Shown: positions 37,615-47,567 of the stretch, piece by piece | Position numbering within the stretch: the stretch's first letter is position 1 | Layout: each line of letters starts with the position of its first letter | Virus record (IMG/VR): IMGVR_UViG_3300028591_000070 | Coordinates: 192,001-256,000 of that record | DNA from: a virus | Lineage: Duplodnaviria; Caudoviricetes | Direction: 5' to 3' (one strand) | DNA length: 64,000 nucleotides | Position numbers and translations under genes: made by a program | The notes under the pieces: model-generated | Seen by the model: only the letters and a program-made list of their open reading frames with translations | The model's database searches: none | What the model was told of the DNA's origin: nothing

Positions 37615-38931
37615 TTACCTCTGGAAAGTAAATCCAATGAGCTTATCACTCAATTTTCCACTTCCACCCTCAGGCATAATTGATTTTCCATCTGTTTTTA
37701 ATTTAAGATTATACGTAATTTTTGTATCATTATTAGAATAAGCGATAACAGTACACTCATAAGTTGAGCCTGGATTTAATCCTTGAATAACAATTTCATT
37801 CGCATTACAGTCATAAACTCCCTGGCTACAAATACCTGGAATATAGAATGTAAGTGACTTAAAGTTTGTAATTTCAGACTCTCTAATGGTCCAAGAAATT
37901 GTAACTGAATTTTCTGTTTGAGCTGATTGTTTTAACTCATCTAGATTACAATCTCTGTCTTGATTAAAATAACCCTCAATAGTATCAGCAATTACATCAT
38001 CGATTTTTTCTTTTACTGTTTTTCCATTATTATTGATAATGACTTCTTTTCCCTGCTTATCAGTATAAATAGCCTCTTTATCTTCTGAGTCGTCTAACTG
38101 AAGAGTATGCCTCATATCTGGAAGAAGATCTTTTGCATCCATTTCTTTTAGATTTAATTCAGACTTAATATGAGGTGTCCATTTTTCATTAGCCCAAACT
38201 AATGAAGTTTTCTGTGTAAATACAATATCCTCATCATTATAGGCATATAAACCTGAGAATCTAACAGGAAGCTTAATTGTATTTTCAAAGTCTTCAATTA
38301 AGATTTGATATGTTCTAACTGTAAGACCAACTTTAACTGGGAAAATTTTAGCTTCATTAAGCCATTTCTTTTCAGCATATTCTGGATTTTGGTCAATTGA
38401 CTCTATAGTAACATTGACAGGCACATCTACTTTCATACCCGCAACATCATTTTCAACTGACATATAAAGTGGAGCTTTTGGGTATTGTTCCCAGAATAAG
38501 AATGTTGCAGCTTTATCGGTATCTCTTAATTTAGAATAAAATGCTGTTGCTTGATAATTTATTTTTACTGGCATCGCTTTTACTACAATACCAGTTTCAG
38601 GTGAAGTCCAACCTTTAACAGCTGCGGCCGTATTCATAGAGGCTGTTCGGTCATCTTCTTCAAAAGAACCAGCAGCACTATAACAAGCAAAAGGTAAATC
38701 TAGTGACACATAATTTATATTATTATCACCTTTAACAAAGCCTTTTCCAACTGTCTCAGTTCTGCGTCTAAATACAATGTCCTCTTTAGAATAAAGAACT
38801 CGGCTTACATCACCCTTAAATAAAAGAGTAGATAGAAACCATTCGAGTCCTACTTTTACCATGAGGTCGGTACTAATATAATCTTTTCTGTCTAAGCTAT
38901 CATAATAGCCCTTAATTGTTAGATCTTGCAT
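37615..38931 (-). CDS. putative tail completion/neck protein with C-terminal fibronectin-III domain
   Basis: LPF...PVKINYQ (gp15-like); SVTISW...IQGLNPGSTYECTVIA (FN3). Confidence 0.55.
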   Translation of the reverse strand: MQDLTIKGYYDSLDRKDYISTDLMVKVGLEWFLSTLLFKGDVSRVLYSKEDIVFRRRTETVGKGFVKGDNNINYVSLDLPFACYSAAGSFEEDDRTASMNTAAAVKGWTSPETGIVVKAMPVKINYQATAFYSKLRDTDKAATFLFWEQYPKAPLYMSVENDVAGMKVDVPVNVTIESIDQNPEYAEKKWLNEAKIFPVKVGLTVRTYQILIEDFENTIKLPVRFSGLYAYNDEDIVFTQKTSLVWANEKWTPHIKSELNLKEMDAKDLLPDMRHTLQLDDSEDKEAIYTDKQGKEVIINNNGKTVKEKIDDVIADTIEGYFNQDRDCNLDELKQSAQTENSVTISWTIRESEITNFKSLTFYIPGICSQGVYDCNANEIVIQGLNPGSTYECTVIAYSNNDTKITYNLKLKTDGKSIMPEGGSGKLSDKLIGFTFQR

Positions 38932-39511
38932 TTTTAAACGATGTCAATATTTTATCAGCTCTTTCACTGAAAATATTCATAACATTATATTTAGTGGATT
39001 TAATACTATTAATCAAACTATCATCAATTATCAAGTCGGGATCATCACTATAACATAAATAAAATTTATCACCTAAAGCCACATATTTATAATCTTTGGT
39101 GCATTCTGCAAAAACTGTTAAAAGATGCCCTTTTTCAGATTCATTAAGATTATAATGATCATCAATTTTAGGTATTAATCCTAAAGAGCCAAATATATCT
39201 GGTGTCATTTCTGAAGTTAAAACAATTGAAATGATATTAAGTTCAAGTAAAAAAATATATAATTTTAAGTCTTCTGAATGTAAAGCAACATATTTTTCAG
39301 ATAAAATTTTATTATTTAGTAAGTCTTGAATATCTTCTTTTGAACAATCTCTATCTAAGCAATAAACACCGTTCTTTTTAAGAATTTCTTTTTCAGTGTC
39401 CGAACGATAAAAAAATACCACTTTTGTAAGGATATTTTCTGGAGCTTTATAATCTGTTAAACCATAAATAAATTGAATTAAACTTTTTGCATCATTTAAG
39501 CTATATTTCAT
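38912..39511 (-). CDS. hypothetical protein
   Basis: 199 aa ORF, AGGAG SD. Confidence 0.7.
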   Translation of the reverse strand: MKYSLNDAKSLIQFIYGLTDYKAPENILTKVVFFYRSDTEKEILKKNGVYCLDRDCSKEDIQDLLNNKILSEKYVALHSEDLKLYIFLLELNIISIVLTSEMTPDIFGSLGLIPKIDDHYNLNESEKGHLLTVFAECTKDYKYVALGDKFYLCYSDDPDLIIDDSLINSIKSTKYNVMNIFSERADKILTSFKNARSNN

Positions 39512-39532
39512 TTGAAGATCTCCTTTAAAACT

Positions 39533-39560
39533 AAAAAAGCTCCAGCTATAGCTGGAGCTA
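39533..39560 (-). terminator. intrinsic terminator
   Basis: AGCTCCAGC-tata-GCTGGAGCT after SSB gene. Confidence 0.65.
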
Positions 39561-39580
39561 TATTATTGTTATATTAACAA

Positions 39581-40999
39581 CTATTCGAATTTAACACCAC
39601 AAACTGGACAGTGTGTTGTTCCTTCTTCAGGAGACATAGCACCACAAGTATCACAAGCAAGACAGTCAGCTTCTGTGTCCCAAACAATATTTACTTTACC
39701 ATTGATATTTGTTACATCCTTAATACGCTTTTTTGAAGCTTCTGGAAGCATATCATAACCCTTAAGAAGGGCAATCTTATCTGCTGTTAAACTAGTAGCT
39801 GCTGAACGACGAGTTTTTGGAGCTTCAACATTAGCTGTTTCCATATTATCAAAAGATGGAGCTGCCATTGGATCTGGCATTGTATCTGTTGAAGCAACTT
39901 CATTCATTTCATCTTCTGTCATATTAAGATTTTCACGAATTGCAGCATTCTCAGCTTCTGCCTGAGCAGCTTCTGTTTCAGCTCTCTTAGCTTCCCATTC
40001 AGCCTTTTCTCTTTCAGCAAGACCCTGTAATTCTTCGAAATAATTTGTTCCAAGTGATGCATCACAAAGCTTAAATACAGAAGGAATTCTCTTAAGAAGT
40101 TTGTAATATGGAGTTGGTCCGAAGAGCTTCTCAATATCATACTTCTTATAAGCCATTTCTTCCTGTGTAAGATTACCTTCGACAATAAGAGCTTCATCTA
40201 CTTGAGATCCATCATTGTTGATGAGCTCTTCCATCATCTCTTTTTCCTTGAGACGAGAAGCATTCTTTACATCAAATGGATTATCTTTTTCACCATTCTT
40301 TTTAATGGCTACATCATACTTTTCATAATTACCATATTTACCAATCAAATCACGGATTTTTGTAACAAAACCAAATGACTTAATACCTTCCTTTGCCCAT
40401 ACTCTGTTCTGGTCATCGATTGTAACATCACGAGCAAGAATCTTAGTATGCTTATTTTTAGCACACCAATCATCTGAACGGTCAATTACATTGTAAATTG
40501 TAACGCGGTCACCTTTGAAACCTTTTGAATAAGTGAAGGCAAATCCATCAGACTCCTTAAATCCACCTTTTGAAACAGCTTTGAAGAGTTCTGGAAATTT
40601 AGCCTCATTTACAAATACTGGCTTCTTATTTACATAAGTCTTCTCCATAACTTTGTTATAAAGTCTCAAAAGAATATAGTTATCTGATTCTCTTTCTGCT
40701 GGAATTGGCATACGAATTGTAAAACGCTTTCCATCATCGTCTTTTACATCAGCGATAAGCATTTCATGAGGATCGTAAGGTGATCTCTTGAATGAGGACA
40801 TTACTGATTCTGTTCCGATTGGGGCGCCGAGAAGGCGAACGATACGATACTGACCTTTATCAGTTCCTGTGTAGGCTACATCTTCATAAGTTTTTGAAGG
40901 TGTGTAAGATGAACCCTTATTTTTAGAGTTCTGTTCTTCTTGTTCTTTGAGTTTCTTCGCATACTCTGTGAAGAACTCATCATTGAGTTGTTCTGACAT
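39581..40999 (-). CDS. single-stranded DNA-binding protein (gp32-like) with C-terminal zinc ribbon
   Basis: IVRLL, YNVIDR, YDVAIKK pattern; acidic linker; C-terminal CxxC...CPVC. Confidence 0.6.
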   Translation of the reverse strand: MSEQLNDEFFTEYAKKLKEQEEQNSKNKGSSYTPSKTYEDVAYTGTDKGQYRIVRLLGAPIGTESVMSSFKRSPYDPHEMLIADVKDDDGKRFTIRMPIPAERESDNYILLRLYNKVMEKTYVNKKPVFVNEAKFPELFKAVSKGGFKESDGFAFTYSKGFKGDRVTIYNVIDRSDDWCAKNKHTKILARDVTIDDQNRVWAKEGIKSFGFVTKIRDLIGKYGNYEKYDVAIKKNGEKDNPFDVKNASRLKEKEMMEELINNDGSQVDEALIVEGNLTQEEMAYKKYDIEKLFGPTPYYKLLKRIPSVFKLCDASLGTNYFEELQGLAEREKAEWEAKRAETEAAQAEAENAAIRENLNMTEDEMNEVASTDTMPDPMAAPSFDNMETANVEAPKTRRSAATSLTADKIALLKGYDMLPEASKKRIKDVTNINGKVNIVWDTEADCLACDTCGAMSPEEGTTHCPVCGVKFE

Positions 41000-41083
41000 A
41001 TTGCATTTTCTCCTTATATATTACATTAAATTACAGCAACTGCTGTATGATTTAATTAGTACATATCTAAATATTAACAGACC

Positions 41084-41404
41084 TTAAATCGTCTTTTCTT
41101 CAGGGTCTTTATCTGGATTCCAATCTTTCCAAGGACCATAATTCAATTTATATTTACTAAGCTGATTATCATTCAAGGACTCAGCAAACTGTGATACTTC
41201 AAAAGCGCCATATCTAGCTAAAGTAATAAGCTGAACTGCATTTGCTCTGTCCAAAGCCTCAAAATTAAAACCTGGACATTCTTTTTTATTTATCCATTTT
41301 TCAGCTTTAACTTCAGTCATAGACCGCTTAATCATTTTAAAATCTTCAAAATATGAAGAAGTTACTTCTGTAAAGTTTTTTCTAGGTTTAAAAATTAAAC
41401 TCAT
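41084..41404 (-). CDS. hypothetical protein
   Basis: 106 aa ORF coupled to clamp-like gene. Confidence 0.7.
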   Translation of the reverse strand: MSLIFKPRKNFTEVTSSYFEDFKMIKRSMTEVKAEKWINKKECPGFNFEALDRANAVQLITLARYGAFEVSQFAESLNDNQLSKYKLNYGPWKDWNPDKDPEEKTI

Positions 41405-42573
41405 TATGCATCCACCTTTGTAAGAGCTATATCCATAAAGCTATTTTTGATATGAATAATAATGTGAGCATCATTATCAAAATCAAAACTAAACTTAAAT
41501 GTTTCTTCTTTGAGTAAATCCTCTTTCAAAAATTTCATATGTAAAGTTGGGAAAAGGAAAAGTCCATCAATCAATCTATCTTTGTCAACCGAAACAATTG
41601 GAAGATCTGCACTAACCTCTGAAACCATATTATCATAATGAAGCAAAATCTTTGATTTATCAGTTGGGTCAAAACTTGCTTTAAGCTGTTTATATTTCCA
41701 AGAGTCTGCATCAAATACACCTTCAAACTTTTCAATTGCTTCATAAAAATCTGCAGTCTTAATTGTCAACTCAGATTCTGCATCTGCTGGAGCTGACATT
41801 GCAGTAATTTCTTCATCTGAAGGAATCTGGAAATCAACTTCTGGCTCGTTAAACCACATCTTAATTCCAAGAGAATCAATGTTGATATAAATATATGGGT
41901 TGATTGAATTATCCAAAGAACTTTCAAAATTACAAATCTTAAATTCTCTAGCATCTTTAAGGAGTGGAGAGATTGTTCTTAAAAGATAAAAATCTTTTCC
42001 ATTTGCGCCTGTCTGAATTTTCTTTGTAATAATAGAAGTGTTATCTACACTTGTCACGCCTTCATCTGAAATCTTAATAAACTTATTACAGTTCAAAAGA
42101 CCAGCCATACTACTCATGTAAGAGATTGTATTTTTAAGGTCATCTGTAAGTGAAATTGTTGTGGCATTTGTAAATGCATTAGATGTTTCAAAATCAGAAA
42201 TGGCCTTCATATCATCAGCGGCTTCTTCTTCAATTGTGTTCAAACAAACCTGAGAGTATTTTGCTGAAGTCTGGTCACCAGTGAAAACAAGCTTTGAATT
42301 TGCATAAGAAATAGTGTTTACATCTGAATTTACTTTTTCAAGGTAATTCAAAAACTTAGAAAAGTCGATTGTAAACTTAAATGAATCATTTGATTCTATA
42401 TCAAAGTCTGCCGTAATATGTCCACTTGCTCCATTTCCATAAACTGACAACTTATTATTGTCAATTACGAAAAGCTGTTCTGCTTTAAGAGCCGCAGTGT
42501 TATTACAACTTTTCAAATACGAATTAAATACTTTTAATCTGTTAATTTCATCTTTTTTCAAATTAAATTGCAT
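41404..42573 (-). CDS. putative sliding clamp (DnaN beta-like)
   Basis: 389 aa acidic protein with three repeated beta-alpha-beta units; middle promoter; clamp loader in same window. Confidence 0.55.
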   Translation of the reverse strand: MQFNLKKDEINRLKVFNSYLKSCNNTAALKAEQLFVIDNNKLSVYGNGASGHITADFDIESNDSFKFTIDFSKFLNYLEKVNSDVNTISYANSKLVFTGDQTSAKYSQVCLNTIEEEAADDMKAISDFETSNAFTNATTISLTDDLKNTISYMSSMAGLLNCNKFIKISDEGVTSVDNTSIITKKIQTGANGKDFYLLRTISPLLKDAREFKICNFESSLDNSINPYIYINIDSLGIKMWFNEPEVDFQIPSDEEITAMSAPADAESELTIKTADFYEAIEKFEGVFDADSWKYKQLKASFDPTDKSKILLHYDNMVSEVSADLPIVSVDKDRLIDGLFLFPTLHMKFLKEDLLKEETFKFSFDFDNDAHIIIHIKNSFMDIALTKVDA

Positions 42574-42614
42574 TGATTAGTTTCTCCTTACTATAAAAAT
42601 TGTTTTAATTGATA

Positions 42615-43007
42615 TTAACTTCTAATTCTAAATTCATTACACTCTACTAAACCACTTTTATTAAGCCATTCAGCTACTAAATGCCTATGGCAAAAGTCTC
42701 CAGGTTTCTCATAACATAATAATACAACTTTATTTATATCAAAGTCACCACATAATTTTGAAATGTCGCCTAAAACCTGATCATATGTCAGATGATTTAA
42801 TACTTCATCATTAAAATGTTGGATATAATAGTCATTGTCTCTTTTATGTTCTGTACCATTTTTCCATTCATTAAAGAATGACCACTTAGGAGCGAGTTTT
42901 TTATACCAAAGACCTTTATACCAGTTTGGTATTCCACCACAAATTGCAATAGGTATAAGGCCTAATCTTTCATAATCTTTTAATTTTGCGAAATATCCTG
43001 TGTACAT
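42615..43007 (-). CDS. DUF488-family protein
   Basis: YTGYFA, LAPKW, LLCYEKPGDFCHRHLVAEWL. Confidence 0.8.
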   Translation of the reverse strand: MYTGYFAKLKDYERLGLIPIAICGGIPNWYKGLWYKKLAPKWSFFNEWKNGTEHKRDNDYYIQHFNDEVLNHLTYDQVLGDISKLCGDFDINKVVLLCYEKPGDFCHRHLVAEWLNKSGLVECNEFRIRS

Positions 43008-43209
43008 ATTCTATTCTTCCAAATCCATATTTTATAAAATGCCATTTTCCATCAATTTCTTCACATTCAGAATATATAACAAAAGGTTTATTTGTATAAA
43101 ATTGAATAAACCTTAAAATTGGATTTATAATACATTTCAGTGGAGTCCTATGCATCCAACAATTATATTCTTTATTATAAATAAAATAATCATCTTTTTG
43201 TTTAAGCAT
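42970..43209 (-). CDS. hypothetical protein
   Basis: 79 aa ORF in operon. Confidence 0.6.
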   Translation of the reverse strand: MLKQKDDYFIYNKEYNCWMHRTPLKCIINPILRFIQFYTNKPFVIYSECEEIDGKWHFIKYGFGRIEYVHRIFRKIKRL

Positions 43210-44089
43210 TATTCATTTTCTCAAGCATCCAATCTTGAACTTTACTATCAAAATAATAAATTAAAATAAACTCATACCAACTTGGAGTATTAGCTTCTAC
43301 AATATAATCATCAATCTTAAAATAAGGTGGCTTATTAGTTCCTTTAATAACATATGGGTCATGTGGCTTTTTAAGTTTTTCAACCATTTTTTCCCAATCA
43401 GATTTCTTAAACCATCTACCTAAAACTGGAGTATAAAAATGACTCATGAGTTTATATTTTTCTGAGCCAGGACTTGTTATAATGAAGTCCTTTTCAAGAA
43501 GTTCTTGCTTTACTACTTTCATAGTATGCTCAGTTTTATATAAGCGGTCTCGTTCGACACAAGTATTAATCTCTAATCCAGCTGCTGAAACTGGAATAAT
43601 ATCTTCAGCCTCAACTATAAGAGATGTACACATTAAGTGGTCATAGTCTTTTTTAGAGACGGTTTTTCCATCTATGATCCATTCGTGTGGATCTTTTTCA
43701 TAATTTTGATAAAGTTCTTTTTCTTTTTTAGAAACAATATAATATGAATATTCATTATCCCAGCGTTTTCTACCTATAATTGTTGCATTTTTAAATTCTT
43801 CGACGTTTAATAATTTTTTGTAGTCATCACATATTGACACAGGCTCACAATCACTTGGATAACAAAAGCGAATATGTAAATTATTTATTGTATCATAGTG
43901 ATTATTTTTCACTAAAAAACAATCTTTATCATAAATAGAGCCATGAACAAAAATTATATTATCATAATCTGTTCTTCCATCATAGGCAATTCCATTTTCT
44001 CCGATACATTTCCAAACCTTGGTTTCAACATAATTTCCTTCCCATGTATCTTCTTTATGAGAAGGCTGTGCACTTTTAAACCAGTCCAT
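43202..44089 (-). CDS. hypothetical protein
   Basis: 295 aa ORF, GGAG SD. Confidence 0.75.
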   Translation of the reverse strand: MDWFKSAQPSHKEDTWEGNYVETKVWKCIGENGIAYDGRTDYDNIIFVHGSIYDKDCFLVKNNHYDTINNLHIRFCYPSDCEPVSICDDYKKLLNVEEFKNATIIGRKRWDNEYSYYIVSKKEKELYQNYEKDPHEWIIDGKTVSKKDYDHLMCTSLIVEAEDIIPVSAAGLEINTCVERDRLYKTEHTMKVVKQELLEKDFIITSPGSEKYKLMSHFYTPVLGRWFKKSDWEKMVEKLKKPHDPYVIKGTNKPPYFKIDDYIVEANTPSWYEFILIYYFDSKVQDWMLEKMNNA

Positions 44090-44097
44090 ATATTCTC

Positions 44098-44502
44098 CTA
44101 ACTTGGTAAATTCATTTCGTCTTTAAGTTCCATCTCAGCTAAAGTAAGAGGAGCTAAAGCGGCTTTACATCTAGTATCATCTAATTCTGTATCACTTTTA
44201 AAAGCTTCAGGTGGAAGCATCTTTTTCTTACGTAATTCTTGAATAAAAAGAGGGAAATACTTCATAGCTTCAGCTTCAGTCTTAAAAACATCTGAAGAAT
44301 AATATGGGAATGTAAAGCGAGGTTCTTCTTTTACTCTCAATAATTTACAAATCTTTCTAGATGGGATTGCAATTTCCTCTGAAACAGGCTCTGAATAGAA
44401 AACAACACATTGAAAAAATAATGCTGCTCTATCTGCTGTTTTATTTGCTCTTTCTAATGTACGTTGAAAAAGAGCGTTTACTTCATCTTTTTTATTTTCC
44501 AT
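44098..44502 (-). CDS. hypothetical middle protein
   Basis: GTTAATAT at 44510-44517. Confidence 0.7.
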   Translation of the reverse strand: MENKKDEVNALFQRTLERANKTADRAALFFQCVVFYSEPVSEEIAIPSRKICKLLRVKEEPRFTFPYYSSDVFKTEAEAMKYFPLFIQELRKKKMLPPEAFKSDTELDDTRCKAALAPLTLAEMELKDEMNLPS

Positions 44503-44569
44503 AGAGTTAATATTAACCTATAACTAATTAAGCTTGATTTAAAAATAGTTTGCCCACCTATGAATTATT

Positions 44570-45625
44570 ATGATGAATTTGAAACAATATTTTTTAGACA
44601 CTTATTCTACTGAGTTTCGTAGAGATAAGCATGAGGACTTCTTTTGGGTTCAAATGCTTATGACAATTGCATGTTCTCTTTTAAATAGTCTTTGGTTATT
44701 AAAAGATGTATTTGTAAAAGGTATCGGTCCTGAAGGAAATTTATATTTTGTTATTTTATGTCGTCTTATTCCTTCTGTATTACTTATCCCATTTATTCTA
44801 TGGTCTTTCTCAAATAAAAAGATTGAGCCTTACTTTGCTAATTTTCTATTATACATTAATCTTTTTGCACAAATTTTTGCTATTCATTTTTCAGGTAAAC
44901 CTACTAGTGGAACTGGCCATACGATTATGAGCTTAGCTATTTTCATGCTAGAGTATGCCTCAGTATCTGGAGTGGCTCAGATTTTAGCTCAGATTTTATA
45001 TCCATTTTTAATGTATATAAGTTCTCAAGCTGTTTTAGGACTTTTTATAACGTCTAATGACCCAGCAGGATTACTATTTTCAAATTGTATTATGTCTATA
45101 GCTAGTTTAATTTCTGCCACAATTTTAAGAATAAATTATTATAATTCATGGATTATAAAACGCAAACTGGTGCTAGCTGCAAAAATGGATTCTATGACAG
45201 GTCTTTGGAATAGAAAAAGAATAAATGATATTACTAGCAAAGATTTATTATTAGAAGACTCAACTATTTTAATGATAGATATCGATAATTTTAAGTCTAT
45301 AAATGATAATAATGGCCATGACTTTGGTGATAAAGCTATTCTAGACACGGTCGACTATTTAAAAAAATCTTTTTCAACTGCAAATATTATTCGATATGGT
45401 GGTGATGAATTTTTAATTATTATTTCAGAAAATATGAAATTATCAAAAGTTAAAATTAGATTAAGTGCCAATCGTTCTAGAGATGACATTACCTATTCAA
45501 TAGGTATTGCTTATGGAAATAAAGATGATAATATCTATGGAATAATAAAACACGCTGATATAGCACTATATAAATCTAAAGAAACTAAAAATTGTATAAC
45601 ATTATTTAATGACATATTAAAATAA
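44570..45625 (+). CDS. membrane-bound diguanylate cyclase (GGDEF)
   Basis: About 5-6 TM helices, then DSMTGLWNR, MIDIDNFKSINDNNGHDFGD, RYGGDEF, SIG, ADIALYKSK. Confidence 0.92.
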   Translation: MMNLKQYFLDTYSTEFRRDKHEDFFWVQMLMTIACSLLNSLWLLKDVFVKGIGPEGNLYFVILCRLIPSVLLIPFILWSFSNKKIEPYFANFLLYINLFAQIFAIHFSGKPTSGTGHTIMSLAIFMLEYASVSGVAQILAQILYPFLMYISSQAVLGLFITSNDPAGLLFSNCIMSIASLISATILRINYYNSWIIKRKLVLAAKMDSMTGLWNRKRINDITSKDLLLEDSTILMIDIDNFKSINDNNGHDFGDKAILDTVDYLKKSFSTANIIRYGGDEFLIIISENMKLSKVKIRLSANRSRDDITYSIGIAYGNKDDNIYGIIKHADIALYKSKETKNCITLFNDILK

Positions 45626-45627
45626 AT

Positions 45628-45658
45628 AAAAGCCTCTCAAATGAGAGGCTTATTTTTT
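45628..45658. terminator. bidirectional intrinsic terminator
   Basis: AAGCCTCTC-aaat-GAGAGGCTT between convergent genes. Confidence 0.75.
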
Positions 45659-46709
45659 AAGCTGGAAAGTCGCCTTTATTGATTACACGTACAATATTTC
45701 CATACTGGAAAGTTCCAGGAACAGGCACCATGGCATTAGTATTATAAACAAGTTCATCAATCAATTCACCATTTTTTACAAGTCGTGTGGATCCATCTGG
45801 ATGTGGCATAGGTGACTCAATTTCAAGACGTTTGAAATCTTCAATAAAAGTATTTGGATTCCAATGGATAATGTCTTTATTTACCATTGTATGGTAACCA
45901 CCCGAAGTAGCAACTATTACATAATTTCCTTTTCCAAGTTTTTCATTGCAGTAGTCCATCCAGCCTTCAAGAAGTGGAAATCCATCTACATAATAATCTC
46001 GGATATATTTACCCCAATCATTTAGGTCGAGATCAAAGTCTACCCAATATTTTGTACCAACATTGTCGAACTGAAGGCGCTTCATCTTAGAGAGTGATTT
46101 ACACATCTTATAAAGAGACTGGCTTGTACCACTCTCATCAGATCTCATTTTTAGTGAACCGATTCTCTTTGTAATAGCATCCAAACTTTCGGCAGTAGGA
46201 TTATTCAAATAGCCAGACAAATCAGGACCAAGAATATTTGCAATAAAGTTTGCGCGATCAATATCTTTAATAGCTGAGTTTATCAATTCCTGCTCATGAA
46301 TATTGATATATCCTTTCAAGTCTTCAATAACTTTAAGCTCATCACAAGGATTAATATGGAAATAAACAACCATTGCTTTAGGTGGAAGTGTATGTCCTCC
46401 ATATGCAAAAGCTTCTTTATGGCACTCATAAGAACGAATACCTTTCTTCCAGCGTTCATATGTTGTTTCACCATCTTTAGTTGCAAAAACTACCTGTGGG
46501 TCAAGCATTTCTACACGACCTAAAGGTGATTTTAAATCTTCCTCATTAAGCTTTTTCTTACGAATTGAGAGACAGAAAGCATAAGCCTCATTTCTCTTTA
46601 GAGGATGCACACAATGGTCATAAAACCACTTAAGTTCATCTTCGTCAGCAATAAGCTTATAATGCTCGAGAGACTCCAACATTTTGATATTTTCTTCTAC
46701 AGTACTCAT
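45657..46709 (-). CDS. putative archaeo-eukaryotic primase (AEP/Prim-Pol) superfamily protein
   Basis: WVDFDLD (motif I), TSGGYH (motif II), VPVPGT; early promoter TTGAAA-N17-TATAAT. Confidence 0.55.
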   Translation of the reverse strand: MSTVEENIKMLESLEHYKLIADEDELKWFYDHCVHPLKRNEAYAFCLSIRKKKLNEEDLKSPLGRVEMLDPQVVFATKDGETTYERWKKGIRSYECHKEAFAYGGHTLPPKAMVVYFHINPCDELKVIEDLKGYINIHEQELINSAIKDIDRANFIANILGPDLSGYLNNPTAESLDAITKRIGSLKMRSDESGTSQSLYKMCKSLSKMKRLQFDNVGTKYWVDFDLDLNDWGKYIRDYYVDGFPLLEGWMDYCNEKLGKGNYVIVATSGGYHTMVNKDIIHWNPNTFIEDFKRLEIESPMPHPDGSTRLVKNGELIDELVYNTNAMVPVPGTFQYGNIVRVINKGDFPA

Positions 46710-46730
46710 AATTAGATTATACTTTTTATT

Positions 46731-47567
46731 TTAAAGATTTTCAACTAGTTTTTTAGCCTCATCATCATAGATATCTGGACTTATTTGGACATAATCAATA
46801 CCATGAATTTTAAAGAAAGTTTTTACTTCTTTTATCTCTGAGAAAGCAGGTTTCTTTAAAGTAAAGTTGACAAAAATACTTTGTGATCCAAAGGTATCTC
46901 TTAAATATAGAAGATTATCCATAACCTTTTCCCAACTAGCTCCAATTCTAATGGCCTCAAAACTTTCTTTAGTTATACCATCAATAGATGGGGAAAAATT
47001 ATAAATCACTCCTGTTGTGTCACTTATCGCTTTAAGTTCATCTATTCTAGAATGAGAAAGTAAAGTTAAATTAGATTGAAAGTCTACAATTCTTGTATCT
47101 TTTGGAGATAAACCTTTTAAAAATTGAATTACTTTATAATAATAAAAGAAGACTTCGCCAGAGCTTATTAAATGAATTTTTTCTAATGAATGTCCTTTAA
47201 TTTTTTCTAATGTTTCAAATTGAAGGTCTCTAGTGTCTGGCTCATCTTTATGTTCTGTAAAAAAACAATGATAACAATGTAAATTACAAGCTTTAGAAAA
47301 AGATACAGTAACTACTTCTATTTTAGGACTTAAAGTACATGGGCAAGTGCACCATCCTTCATAAGCAGGCTTTTTAGAAATATTTACTTTTGATGATTCT
47401 TCTTCTGCAAATGAAATAAGATCCTTTATCTTTAAAAAATCTTTAATTGGCATATCTACCACAAAAGGATAGATATAACAACACCTAGAAAGACAAACTG
47501 TTTTTCCTTTTGGCTCATAAGTAATTTCTAGTCTAGAAGGCATTACACATTTATTAAAAACTTCCAT
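46731..47567 (-). CDS. radical SAM protein 1 (N-terminal Twitch/SPASM-like Cys)
   Basis: CNLHCYHCFF, SSGEVF, SIDG...IR.GA.W; N-terminal C...RCC...CxCxC. Confidence 0.9.
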   Translation of the reverse strand: MEVFNKCVMPSRLEITYEPKGKTVCLSRCCYIYPFVVDMPIKDFLKIKDLISFAEEESSKVNISKKPAYEGWCTCPCTLSPKIEVVTVSFSKACNLHCYHCFFTEHKDEPDTRDLQFETLEKIKGHSLEKIHLISSGEVFFYYYKVIQFLKGLSPKDTRIVDFQSNLTLLSHSRIDELKAISDTTGVIYNFSPSIDGITKESFEAIRIGASWEKVMDNLLYLRDTFGSQSIFVNFTLKKPAFSEIKEVKTFFKIHGIDYVQISPDIYDDEAKKLVENL

